64,000 bases of DNA. Source: a virus. Every line of letters begins with the position of its first letter. Positions within the stretch are counted from its first letter, which is position 1. A model generated the notes under the pieces. It was not told the origin of the DNA. It did not search any database and worked only from the letters and a program-made list of their open reading frames with translations. The position numbers and the translations under genes were made by a program. Of the stretch, positions 8,587 through 17,597 are shown piece after piece. The DNA lies in IMG/VR virus record IMGVR_UViG_3300020438_000012, positions 38,474 through 102,473 of that record; one strand, written 5' to 3'.

Positions 8587-11500
8587 ATGGCTGAGCTGAC
8601 TTTTAGAAGCCCCGGCGTTAGCACGAGGGAGATCGACCTCAGCGGTCCTCAACCGACACAACCTCAGGGAACACCTGCAGCGGTCGTTGGTACCGCAGAG
8701 AAAGGTCCGGCATTCGTTCCTGTGACCTTTGCATCCTATCGGGATTTTGCGTCAAAATTTGGCAACACCGATGGTGAAAAGTTTGGACCAATTGCAATTG
8801 CGCAGTGGTTTGCAAACAGGCAAGCCGGAACTTACTTAAGGGTTCTCGGCGCCGGCGATGGAAAAACAAGAGCCTCAGACGGATCTGTTACGAGAGCAGG
8901 CTTTGTCGTTGGCAGCCGGCTTCCTCAAGCCAGTGGATTGCTGGGAGATAATGTTCATGCAAACACAGGTGGCGTTGGTGAAGGTAGAACATTTTTTCTT
9001 GGCTGCTTCATGTCTGAATCAGCCGGAAGCACGATTTTTTCTGAAGCGGGATTAACTGGTAATAAGGCACACTCTATTCTCCGTGGCGTTATTCTGGCTC
9101 CTTCCGGAGTTGTTCCATTCCTTTCTTCAACACTCGAAACCGATAACGCTCCAAACGCCGCGGCTGGAGCTGCTGGTATTCCAAACTCGGCAGGTGGATC
9201 AGATGCCGGAGCATTGATTGGAACTGTTAATAAAGTTTCTCAAGAGTTTGTTCTTCTCCTTAATGGTCTTAAGCAAACCGAAAGCGAAGGAAAGAATATT
9301 ATTACAGCTTCTTTCGATCCGCAAGCTTCCAATTATTTCCCTAATGTCCTTAACACTGATCCGCTTCTTATCGAGTCTCAAGGTCATTTACTTTACCGTC
9401 ATTATGACGTCTACAGTTCATATGCTCAAATTACAGGAAGCGGATATGCCGGAAGCCTAGGCGCTCCCGTTCTCGGTGGAAATTTAGAGCAGGCAGCCTT
9501 TATTACAACAGGGTCACTTGCTAAGAATACCCAGTCTGCAGAAGTTCCAAACTTCGAAGCATTCAAAGATCGCTTCCAACATGCATTCTCTCCGTTCGTT
9601 GTTTCACAGAAATTTGGTGGTTCACCTACAAACCTCTTTAAGGTCCACTGCTTAGATGCTGGCTTGTATCCAAATAAGCGGTTTAAGGTAAGTGTTGAAA
9701 ACATTCAGAAGTCCAACAATCCAGACGTTAAGTTTGGAAAGTTTGACGTTGTTGTGCGAGAATTTGGCGATGATGACAGAAACCTAAGAGTTCTCGAAGC
9801 TTTCCGTGGCCTCTCTATTGATCCAAATTCAGAGAGATATGTCGCACGCGTCATTGGCGATCTAAACACTTTCTACGACTTTGATCAGAGACCCGGTAGC
9901 CAGAAGGTTGTTGTTGAGGGTAAGTTCCCTAATTCGTCAAACCTTATTCGAGTTCAGATGAACTCTGTGGTTGATGACGGAGAAATTGACCAAGAAGCTC
10001 TCCCGGTTGGCTTCAGAGGATTAAACCACCTCGTCACATCAGGAACTACCGCTGCTGGAAACGTTATGTTAGCGTCAACCGGTTCAACGGTTGGAGCTGT
10101 CGTTCATGTTTCGGCTTCATTGTTTAAGGGAACACCTGTTGAGCCACCTGTTCCATTCCGCAGAAACGTTGCAGTTGGAACCGGTACTGCTAAGAGATCA
10201 GATGCTCAGCTTTACTGGGGCGCTCAATTTGAGCCTCTGGACAGCTTGACACTGCCCAACAAGAATAACGCACCTCAAATCCAGCGTTCTCCGATGGATG
10301 CATACACAAATTACTTTGCAAACTACCATGTTGGTTCAAGAAATCCATCTGTCGGTGGTAACGAAGGAACGGCAAACGACGGCGGTGTTGTTCTAGACGC
10401 AGATGCGTTTAACAACAACATCTTCTCCCTAGAGAGGGTTCAGGTCGTAACAAGTTCAACCGACGTTGTTGATTCCAAGGAATGGCAGGCAGCCGTTTAC
10501 AGAAGAGACGAAGCACTGGCTTCGAGCCTTACTAAGAATGATGGAGTCACTCAACCTGGAAGATTCTTGAACATTGATAAAGACTTTGGTGATATTGCAT
10601 CTAAGCAATTCTTTAAGTTCTCATTCCCGGTTCAAGGTGGGTTTGACGGAGTAAACATCTTCGACGATGACAAGTCAAACCTTCTTGATGTTGCTATCAA
10701 GCGAGAGGTTGCCGACTCTAATCAGGGCGGCATCAACGGACCAACCGTACAGTCTTACAGAAAGGCTATAGACATTCTAGAAGAAAAGTCAGATGTCGAC
10801 ATTCAGTTGCTTGCAATTCCAGGTATCCGTCAGTCGCAGGTCACAGACTATGCCATTGACGCCGTTGAGAACAGGTTCGATGCTCTCTACATTATGGACA
10901 TCCCTGTTAGCGATGCCGAAAACAATGAAATTACCGGGTCGGCCGGCCTGCCAAATGTAACAAACACTGTTACGACATTCAAGGGTCGCCCACTCGATAG
11001 CAGCTTTGCCGCAGCGTACTTCCCCGACGTCGTCGTCACTGATCCAACTACCAACACTAACGTGCAAGTGCCGCCAAGTGTTGCTGTTCTCGGTGCCTTC
11101 GGTCTCAACGATGCCGTGGCTTTCCCTTGGTTCGCGCCTGCCGGGTTTGCCCGCGGTGCTCTTGCAGCCTCTGAGGTCGCAGTTAAGACGAACAGATCAA
11201 ACCTCGATGCTCTATACGACGCTAGGATTAATCCGATTACGGTATTCCCAGGTCAGGGTGGCCCAACGATCTTTGGACAGAAAACGTTGCAGGCCGCAGA
11301 GTCTGCGCTTGATCGTGTTAATGTTCGTCGCCTCCTTATCGAGATCAGACGCCAGGTCCGGCAGGTCGCGAACACCTTTATCTTCGAGCCGAACAGGGAG
11401 ACGACGCTTGCTCGATTCTCTGGCGCGGTAACTCCGATCCTTAATAGAATTCAGCAGCAGCAAGGTGTTGATAGGTTCAGAGTGCAGATTGATACGACAA

Positions 11501-11622
11501 CAACGACCCAGGCGGACGTTGAGAACAACACGGTGAGAGGAAAGATTTTCCTCCAGCCTACTCGCTCCGTCGAGTTCATCTCTCTTGACTTCGTCGTTTC
11601 GAACGCCGGTGCAGAGATCTAA
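8587..11622 (+). CDS. Tail sheath protein 2
   Basis: SPGVSTREID; PWFAPAGFARG; FGQKTLQ; DRVNVRR; PTRSVEFISLDF. Confidence 0.95.
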   Translation: MAELTFRSPGVSTREIDLSGPQPTQPQGTPAAVVGTAEKGPAFVPVTFASYRDFASKFGNTDGEKFGPIAIAQWFANRQAGTYLRVLGAGDGKTRASDGSVTRAGFVVGSRLPQASGLLGDNVHANTGGVGEGRTFFLGCFMSESAGSTIFSEAGLTGNKAHSILRGVILAPSGVVPFLSSTLETDNAPNAAAGAAGIPNSAGGSDAGALIGTVNKVSQEFVLLLNGLKQTESEGKNIITASFDPQASNYFPNVLNTDPLLIESQGHLLYRHYDVYSSYAQITGSGYAGSLGAPVLGGNLEQAAFITTGSLAKNTQSAEVPNFEAFKDRFQHAFSPFVVSQKFGGSPTNLFKVHCLDAGLYPNKRFKVSVENIQKSNNPDVKFGKFDVVVREFGDDDRNLRVLEAFRGLSIDPNSERYVARVIGDLNTFYDFDQRPGSQKVVVEGKFPNSSNLIRVQMNSVVDDGEIDQEALPVGFRGLNHLVTSGTTAAGNVMLASTGSTVGAVVHVSASLFKGTPVEPPVPFRRNVAVGTGTAKRSDAQLYWGAQFEPLDSLTLPNKNNAPQIQRSPMDAYTNYFANYHVGSRNPSVGGNEGTANDGGVVLDADAFNNNIFSLERVQVVTSSTDVVDSKEWQAAVYRRDEALASSLTKNDGVTQPGRFLNIDKDFGDIASKQFFKFSFPVQGGFDGVNIFDDDKSNLLDVAIKREVADSNQGGINGPTVQSYRKAIDILEEKSDVDIQLLAIPGIRQSQVTDYAIDAVENRFDALYIMDIPVSDAENNEITGSAGLPNVTNTVTTFKGRPLDSSFAAAYFPDVVVTDPTTNTNVQVPPSVAVLGAFGLNDAVAFPWFAPAGFARGALAASEVAVKTNRSNLDALYDARINPITVFPGQGGPTIFGQKTLQAAESALDRVNVRRLLIEIRRQVRQVANTFIFEPNRETTLARFSGAVTPILNRIQQQQGVDRFRVQIDTTTTTQADVENNTVRGKIFLQPTRSVEFISLDFVVSNAGAEI

Positions 11623-11635
11623 GCAAGCAAACCTG

Positions 11636-11643
11636 ATACTTAT
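11636..11643 (+). promoter_or_regulatory. Putative late promoter ATACTTAT
   Basis: Motif upstream of the tube gene; would also drive the downstream leader-gene array. Confidence 0.6.
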
Positions 11644-11661
11644 CGCTAGGAGAACAAAAAA

Positions 11662-12150
11662 ATGGCAGAGACACTTTCAGTCACCGATATGTTGCCGAAC
11701 AAGTTTGAGCCGAAGCGACAGTTTCGGTGGGTGTTCGCGATCGAGGGTATCGACGCGTTCCTCATGAAGACTGCTGCTCGTCCAACAATTAACACCGAGG
11801 AAGTGACGATTCCTTTTATCAACTCAACTCGCTACATCGCCGGCAAAACAACGTTTGATACGCTCAGCGTTACGCTCCACGATCCGATTGCACCTTCCGG
11901 TGCACAGCAGGTTATGGAATGGATCCGCACCCACTTTGAGTCTGTTTCAGGCCGCGCTGGTTATGCCGACTTTTACAAGCGAGATTGCCAGATCAAGATG
12001 CTTGACCCGGTCGGCACCGTCGTAGAGCTTTGGGACATCAAAGGATCGTTTATTACTTCTGCCGGGTTTGGAGACTTGAGCTACGATTCCTCAGATCCTT
12101 CTGAGATTTCGCTAACACTTAGGTTTGATAATTGCGTCCTGCAGTTCTGA
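11662..12150 (+). CDS. Tail tube protein (T4 gp19-like)
   Basis: EPKRQFRW, YIAGK..FD.LSVTLHDPI, VMEW, YKRD..IKMLDPVG.VVE.W motifs; follows the sheath genes. Confidence 0.9.
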   Translation: MAETLSVTDMLPNKFEPKRQFRWVFAIEGIDAFLMKTAARPTINTEEVTIPFINSTRYIAGKTTFDTLSVTLHDPIAPSGAQQVMEWIRTHFESVSGRAGYADFYKRDCQIKMLDPVGTVVELWDIKGSFITSAGFGDLSYDSSDPSEISLTLRFDNCVLQF

Positions 12151-12166
12151 TGTAGGGAAAACACTG

Positions 12167-12457
12167 ATGAAAATCACAAAACGACAACTTAGAAGAATCA
12201 TCAAGGAGGCAATGCACTCCGAGTATGAGGATCTCTTCGACAACTCCCCGCCTCGACGCAAGGAGTCAATGCACTCCGACCCTCGCGAAGAAGCGCGAGA
12301 TATTCTGCGACACTACGATATGATAGCGTCAGATGTTGGCGAGATCTATGTTGATGATTTAATCGATCACTGGGTTGGTCAAGGAAACCCTTCGCCAGGC
12401 CCTGGTGTTCGGGCGGAATTGATCAAGCTAAATTACGGAAACGAATATTTTAGGTGA
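12167..12457 (+). CDS. Leader-array protein 1 (putative internal head protein)
   Basis: Starts MKITKRQLRRIIKEA; start reassigned to ATG 12167. Confidence 0.8.
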   Translation: MKITKRQLRRIIKEAMHSEYEDLFDNSPPRRKESMHSDPREEARDILRHYDMIASDVGEIYVDDLIDHWVGQGNPSPGPGVRAELIKLNYGNEYFR

Positions 12458-12466
12458 TGGTTTAAA

Positions 12467-12733
12467 ATGCGAATTACAAAGCGACAGCTTAAAACAATCA
12501 TTAAGGAAGAGAGGTTCCGTCTTTTGAACGAGGCCTCGCTTCAGCGTTCCAAGGCCCAGGTAGAAAATGCTTTGGGCAGCTTGCTCGTTGATTACATGGA
12601 AGAGCACTTGGACATGAGCGGCTCAAATAGAGAAGACGCTTTGCGTCGTGCAAAGGAAGACCTCAAAAGCTTCGTTCGTGGCGCAATTGCAAACGCAGTA
12701 GACTTTGAACGAGATCCGCAGTCATACACTTGA
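12467..12733 (+). CDS. Leader-array protein 2
   Basis: MRITKRQLKTIIKEERFRLLNE. Confidence 0.8.
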   Translation: MRITKRQLKTIIKEERFRLLNEASLQRSKAQVENALGSLLVDYMEEHLDMSGSNREDALRRAKEDLKSFVRGAIANAVDFERDPQSYT

Positions 12734-12751
12734 TACACTTAGGGAAATACA

Positions 12752-13015
12752 ATGAAAATTACAAAGAGACAACTTAGAAGAATCATCAAGGAAGAGAGAA
12801 CGCGCATTCTCAGTGAGAACATGCATGACGCTCAGGGTTTCTACGAGAAGAAGCTCACAATTCTCAACACAGCACTTTCGGCCCTAGAGGCAGCCAAGGA
12901 TCACGAGAGAACAAGTGCAATGGGCGAAGATCCTGATCTAAACCAGCTTGTTAACATGGTCATTGGTTACATCGATGCCGTTGGTTCCATGGTTCAAATG
13001 GGAAGGCGCAGATAA
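12752..13015 (+). CDS. Leader-array protein 3
   Basis: MKITKRQLRRIIKEERTRILSE. Confidence 0.8.
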   Translation: MKITKRQLRRIIKEERTRILSENMHDAQGFYEKKLTILNTALSALEAAKDHERTSAMGEDPDLNQLVNMVIGYIDAVGSMVQMGRRR

Positions 13016-13016
13016 A

Positions 13017-13355
13017 ATGAAAATCACTAAAAGACAACTAAGAAGAATCATCAAGGAAGCCGCTATGCCGGGAGAAATGGTCAAAGTCACCGTTTCAATG
13101 GACGTTCCGTTCGGCTTGTTCCTTGATGTCGACGACCGCCGGCCGAACCCAGAAATGGAAAGTTTGGAAGATATTGAGATGAATATCGAGGACGCATTGC
13201 GCGACTGGTTACAGCAATCTCTCAGAGAATTTCAGGGAGGCAACAGTGCTGCGTTTAAGGGCAAGCAGGGTGTTGAGCAACTTAGTCATGTCGAAATAAT
13301 TGAAACCGCAACCTATTCAGCAATGGATGACATCAAAGTATCAGTGAAGAGGTAA
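13017..13355 (+). CDS. Leader-array protein 4
   Basis: MKITKRQLRRIIKEA; start reassigned to ATG 13017. Confidence 0.8.
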   Translation: MKITKRQLRRIIKEAAMPGEMVKVTVSMDVPFGLFLDVDDRRPNPEMESLEDIEMNIEDALRDWLQQSLREFQGGNSAAFKGKQGVEQLSHVEIIETATYSAMDDIKVSVKR

Positions 13356-13357
13356 CC

Positions 13358-13618
13358 ATGAAAATCACAAAGTCACAACTGAAGAGAATCATCAAGGAAG
13401 AAAGAGCTAAACTCGTGAACGAGGCTCCTTCGGAAGACCTTATTACACTAGCCGCCATAGAAAACCATATTGGCATGCTAAAGCGTATGCTTGATGTGGC
13501 GGTAGACGGGGGCATGATGTCCTACAATGAACATGACGACCTGGTCGACGCGCTCTACGATGTGGAAGGCGCGCTTCAAAAAGTAGCAGAAGGCGGCTCC
13601 GGCGCTCCGAGTTTCTAA
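13358..13618 (+). CDS. Leader-array protein 5
   Basis: MKITKSQLKRIIKEERAKLVNE. Confidence 0.8.
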   Translation: MKITKSQLKRIIKEERAKLVNEAPSEDLITLAAIENHIGMLKRMLDVAVDGGMMSYNEHDDLVDALYDVEGALQKVAEGGSGAPSF

Positions 13619-13634
13619 AAGGATTACCAAGCAT

Positions 13635-14051
13635 ATGAAAATCACGAAGCGCCAGCTTAGAAGAATCATCAAGGAAGAGTTGACTCGCGGTAGATACGAT
13701 GAGTTAACCGACGAGTTGTCAGACTTGTACTCCAAGATCGAAGACGCAAAAAGTTTACCTGAACCAAATCGCACTGCCTCTTTTCAGTTTTACCAGAATG
13801 CCATCAATCAGCTTCAAGCTTATCTTGCAAAAGCTCGTGCGGAAGGCCTTTCAGAAATAAGCGAAGACTCGAATCCCGGTGATTACTACGCCAGAAAGGA
13901 TCGAGAAGCTCGCGCACTTTCCGGCCAAGTTAATGCAATGCGTAAAAAGTTAAGCGGTTTACGTCAAGGTTCTCCCGAGCATCGCAAAGCCACTAAAGAA
14001 CTCCGGGGACTAGAACAACGCCTTGAGTTAGCAAAGTATGTAGGAGATTAA
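13635..14051 (+). CDS. Leader-array protein 6
   Basis: MKITKRQLRRIIKEEL; coiled-coil-like payload. Confidence 0.8.
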   Translation: MKITKRQLRRIIKEELTRGRYDELTDELSDLYSKIEDAKSLPEPNRTASFQFYQNAINQLQAYLAKARAEGLSEISEDSNPGDYYARKDREARALSGQVNAMRKKLSGLRQGSPEHRKATKELRGLEQRLELAKYVGD

Positions 14052-14052
14052 C

Positions 14053-14322
14053 ATGAAAATTGCAAAACGACAGCTTAGAAGAATTATCAGGGAAGAGAAG
14101 CAGAGAGTCATCAATGAAAAACTTGCCGGACACCAGCATCAAAGACTGCTTGAAGACATTAGCATCATGTTTGAGAAAGAAATAAACACAAGGCTCAGCC
14201 AGGTCGACGGCGACTGGTATAGAGACCCTGAAACAGTGCAGGCTGTATCCGATATGCTTGACATGCTAAAGCGGCAAATGAAGTCATATGGGAAAGAGCG
14301 CTCTTGGTGGAGGGAGCGGTGA
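14053..14322 (+). CDS. Leader-array protein 7
   Basis: MKIAKRQLRRIIREEKQRVINE. Confidence 0.8.
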   Translation: MKIAKRQLRRIIREEKQRVINEKLAGHQHQRLLEDISIMFEKEINTRLSQVDGDWYRDPETVQAVSDMLDMLKRQMKSYGKERSWWRER

Positions 14323-14585
14323 AAATCACAAGGCACCAACTCAGAAGAATCATTAAGGAAGAGAAGGCCCGGCTAGCCGAGGCAAACCCTGACGGAACTG
14401 TGTCCGACAACGAGGATGCAGAGATTTTTGTCTTTCTTGCCGACGTTGAGGAACGCATCGAAGAGCTCGCGCAATTCATTGTAATGGAGTCTGAGAGAAT
14501 CGGTGGTCGCTTCAGAGCACCCGGGCTTAGAAAGAGAGCGTTTCAGTCGATCCTCGAAATCATTCGTGAAGACTATAGGTTTTAG
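14319..14585 (+). CDS. Leader-array protein 8
   Basis: GTG start overlapping the previous stop (GTGA); (M)KITRHQLRRIIKEEKARLAE. Confidence 0.8.
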   Translation: MKITRHQLRRIIKEEKARLAEANPDGTVSDNEDAEIFVFLADVEERIEELAQFIVMESERIGGRFRAPGLRKRAFQSILEIIREDYRF

Positions 14586-14657
14586 AGTTTCGCGACGAAG
14601 CTCGTCAGCGTATCATGAACAATTTAGAGCACGCTTCAAACCAAAAAGGAAAGTAAA

Positions 14658-15083
14658 ATGAGAATCACAAAGAGGCAGCTTAGAAGAATTATTAAGGAAG
14701 AGAGATCACGTCTGCTTGCGGAGACCCGCGTTCGCCGTTTTGTAAGACGAAAGCTTATGGAACAGCGCGGAACTGCGGTCATTGATGAACTTGCCGTGGA
14801 CTTGCTGAGGGATCTCACCATGTATCACCAGCGAGGCGTCGACTCTCTGGCTAATGAGTACAGATCTAGAGTTGCTGCACTTGGGCTTAGCAGAGAAGAT
14901 TTCGAGGAGCAACTCGGCGATGCCTTCACTGACGGTGATCCAGAGGCTGCATCTCGTTTTGAAGAGTATCGTGATGAGGAAGACGCAATGCGCGACGGAA
15001 TGCCTCACAACGAAGAGATGGCTGCAGCATGGGACGACTTTGGTTTGATCCGGCGTGATTTGGCAGCAGCACTGTACCGATAG
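14658..15083 (+). CDS. Leader-array protein 9
   Basis: MRITKRQLRRIIKEERSRLLAE; shares a 62-aa domain with protein 10. Confidence 0.8.
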   Translation: MRITKRQLRRIIKEERSRLLAETRVRRFVRRKLMEQRGTAVIDELAVDLLRDLTMYHQRGVDSLANEYRSRVAALGLSREDFEEQLGDAFTDGDPEAASRFEEYRDEEDAMRDGMPHNEEMAAAWDDFGLIRRDLAAALYR

Positions 15084-15091
15084 GAAGTTCT

Positions 15092-15982
15092 GTGCGAATT
15101 AGAATTACGAGAACTCAGCTGCGTAGAGTCATTAGGGAATCCTGCCGCAGGATGGGTTCTCGTAATTCCTCTATTCGCTTGCTAGAAGATAATCACACCT
15201 ATTGGGACCGATACCACGCGAAATGGCTCGAAACCGCACAGATGAGTGAGGAAGATTTTCAAGCGCTCGCGGACGAGTACAGGGCCATGGCCGCCGCCGG
15301 TGAAAAGGCGGCGAAGGGATACAAGGAGCGCGACCCAGACAACGTCCCTCAGGGTCCATGGACCGGTAATCGCGAGTATTGGAAAAACCCTGACATGAAA
15401 GGTTACAAGTTTACAGCGCGTCATCGGAATGTCGTCCCGCCCATGAATCTTGACATTCGACCCGAATACCCTATATTGTTTGGTATGTCTCTCGAAGATG
15501 CTTACAATATCCACGCGGCCTCGCCCGCCGGGTTATATCCCTATGGTTCTGGCAAGCCGGCGGGGACGGGGTACGCGGACTACGTGGAATACTACACGCG
15601 GAAAGACGTGAAGGCTCGCATTGCTCAAGCGAAAAAAAAATTCGCAAGTACACCGAAAGCCAAGCGTGATTTTGAAGACGAGCGCTACAGATGGGCGATC
15701 TGGCAGGTCGGCGACGAAGGACCTCCAGAAGCAGTCATAGATGATCTTGCTTTGGACTTGTTGAGAAACGTTCGCAAGTACGCCAAGAGCGGCGTCGGGC
15801 GCCTGGCCGGCAGATACAGGAAAAAAATCCTTAAGCTTGGAATGAGTAAGGAAGATTTTGACACTGCGTTTGGCGATGCCATGACGGACGGTGATCCAGA
15901 AGTCTCTGACCGATTTTACAGGTACAAGGGTGATGATCTCCCGCAACTCATAAATGACTTAGTGTCAAAAATATATCGATAA
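15092..15982 (+). CDS. Leader-array protein 10
   Basis: MRIRITRTQLRRVIRES…IRLLE; C-terminal domain paralogous to protein 9. Confidence 0.75.
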   Translation: MRIRITRTQLRRVIRESCRRMGSRNSSIRLLEDNHTYWDRYHAKWLETAQMSEEDFQALADEYRAMAAAGEKAAKGYKERDPDNVPQGPWTGNREYWKNPDMKGYKFTARHRNVVPPMNLDIRPEYPILFGMSLEDAYNIHAASPAGLYPYGSGKPAGTGYADYVEYYTRKDVKARIAQAKKKFASTPKAKRDFEDERYRWAIWQVGDEGPPEAVIDDLALDLLRNVRKYAKSGVGRLAGRYRKKILKLGMSKEDFDTAFGDAMTDGDPEVSDRFYRYKGDDLPQLINDLVSKIYR

Positions 15983-15991
15983 GGAATTTCA

Positions 15992-16186
15992 ATGCGAATC
16001 ACAAAGCGCCAGCTTAAAAGAATCATTCTCGAAATGTACCATGATGACCAGCCGGATAGCATCTCGCAGAGACTAAAACTACGAAATGATATCGGAGAGC
16101 TGTCAATGAGCTTTGTTAGAACCGGTCTTGACAGAGACGAGGTTGCAGGAATCTTGCGTGACGTTGCAGACGGAATTGAGAGATAG
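15992..16186 (+). CDS. Leader-array protein 11
   Basis: MRITKRQLKRIILE. Confidence 0.75.
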   Translation: MRITKRQLKRIILEMYHDDQPDSISQRLKLRNDIGELSMSFVRTGLDRDEVAGILRDVADGIER

Positions 16187-16254
16187 TAAAAAAACGTAAG
16201 CTCTCTATTTATCTTTTACACAACCACGTTATGATTGTGTGAGAGGTTTATAGT

Positions 16255-17082
16255 ATGAGCAACCGTGGATCAAACGCCGTCTTTTCGGGTGGCATTCAAC
16301 AAACAGACGTAATGAAGGATTCTTTCGGCTACGAAGTGCCGGTTGAATCTGTTCCCCTGCCATCGCTTGGAAAGGCGTATCCAGAAGGAAACCCTCTCAG
16401 CGGTCAGGAAACCGTTGAGATTCGGGCAATGACAGCAAGAGAGGAAGATATCCTAACCTCTCGTGCGCTTATTAAAAAGGGCACTGTTATCACCCATCTT
16501 ATTAAGTCTTGCCTCACAAACAAGTCTATCGATGTCCGGAACATGATTTCTGGCGATCGTAACGCTTTGATGATCTCGCTGCGAATCACGGGTTACGGCC
16601 AAGAGTACGGTGTCGAGGTTGAGTGTCCGGCATGCGGAACTCGCTCAAAACAAGACTTTGATCTTGCAGCACTCGAGGTTAAGACCCTTGATATCGACCC
16701 GGTCACTCCCGGTACAAACGAATTTGAATTTGTTCTTCCGGTTACAAAGAAAAAAGTAACCTTTAAGTTTCTAACAGGGGCAGACGAAGAAGAGATTGCA
16801 GTTGTTCAAGAGCGCAAGAAGAAGAGTGGCTTTAAGTCCGATAATCTTATTACAACGCGCCTTATGTATTCCATTGTTTCAATCGACGGAATTACGGACA
16901 AATCAAAAATCAACGGCTTTATTCGAAACATGCCGGCTCGAGACTCACTCTTACTTCGCCGCTATATTGATCAGAATGAGCCAGGCATCGACATGAAGTC
17001 TTGGATGTCCTGCCAGAGTTGCTTTACTGATTCGGAGGTACGGTTGCCACTGGGCGCCACGTTTTTTTGGCCTGACGCCTAG
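16255..17082 (+). CDS. Tail / baseplate-hub assembly chaperone (T4 gp26-like)
   Basis: VPLPSLG, MTAREEDIL, GDRNALMISLRITGYG, two CxxC motifs, C-terminal FFWP. Confidence 0.75.
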   Translation: MSNRGSNAVFSGGIQQTDVMKDSFGYEVPVESVPLPSLGKAYPEGNPLSGQETVEIRAMTAREEDILTSRALIKKGTVITHLIKSCLTNKSIDVRNMISGDRNALMISLRITGYGQEYGVEVECPACGTRSKQDFDLAALEVKTLDIDPVTPGTNEFEFVLPVTKKKVTFKFLTGADEEEIAVVQERKKKSGFKSDNLITTRLMYSIVSIDGITDKSKINGFIRNMPARDSLLLRRYIDQNEPGIDMKSWMSCQSCFTDSEVRLPLGATFFWPDA

Positions 17083-17332
17083 CGACAAAGAGGTCTACCT
17101 CGAACAGATCTTTCTCTTGATGTACTACATGGGCTTCAGCTATAACGAAGGCTATGACCTTCCGATCTGGAAGCGGGTGTGGTTTATCAAGAGAATTAAC
17201 GATGAGATTAAGAAGTCTAACGATGCCAACGCCCCGGCTTCTCGTGCTGCTCACGATAACACACCCGATCAAAGAGCGGTTTCAGGTAGAAGTCGTGCAA
17301 ACGTTCCTGCAAAGCTCAGAAGGTTCACATAA
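17063..17332 (+). CDS. Chaperone extension ORF, probably reached by a +1 frameshift (independent start would be 17117/17120)
   Basis: Frame open across the T7 run: FFGLTPSDKEVYLEQIFLLMYYMGFSYNEGYDLPIWKRVWF; no SD close to the ATG. Confidence 0.6.
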   Translation, partial: FFGLTPSDKEVYLEQIFLLMYYMGFSYNEGYDLPIWKRVWFIKRINDEIKKSNDANAPASRAAHDNTPDQRAVSGRSRANVPAKLRRFT

Positions 17333-17334
17333 CG

Positions 17335-17556
17335 ATGGATAAAAAACAGCGGCATGATATTGCGACCTATTTGTTAGGTGCCTCAGAGATGCCAACTGGA
17401 ATCTCTGGAAACACTCAGCAGGCCGCCTTTGCAACCAAAAAGCTTAAGATGGCTCTTGACACTGGTGACATTGGTGGTATTTCTGATGCGATAAAGGTCA
17501 GGAGCACCGCCGCGGCGGCATACACGGTTCAAACTAAAAAGCCTTGGCCCTTTTGA
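17335..17556 (+). CDS. Hypothetical protein
   Basis: Tightly packed ORF in the tail module. Confidence 0.6.
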   Translation: MDKKQRHDIATYLLGASEMPTGISGNTQQAAFATKKLKMALDTGDIGGISDAIKVRSTAAAAYTVQTKKPWPF

Positions 17557-17572
17557 GCACCCGCGCAAGAGA

Positions 17573-17580
17573 ATACTTAT
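17573..17580 (+). promoter_or_regulatory. Putative late promoter ATACTTAT
   Basis: Motif upstream of the tape measure gene. Confidence 0.6.
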
Positions 17581-17597
17581 AGCCTGAGGATTCTGAC

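Larger units (their letters stand above)
12167..16186 (+). repeat. Array of 11 genes sharing a ~45-nt 5' leader repeat (encodes MKITKRQLRRIIKEE)
   Basis: ATGAAAATCACAAA..GACA.CTTAGAAGAATCATCAAGGAAGA-like sequence at 12167, 12467, 12752, 13017, 13358, 13635, 14053, 14319, 14658, 15092 (diverged) and 15992. Confidence 0.9.

Noticed and set aside
12167-16186. CRISPR array or integron (attC) interpretation of the repeated leader
   Set aside because: Repeats are protein-coding, degenerate at synonymous positions, non-palindromic and about 260-900 nt apart; no cas or integrase gene in the window.
12167-16186. Diversity-generating retroelement
   Set aside because: No reverse transcriptase and no TR/VR pair with adenine-specific differences seen.
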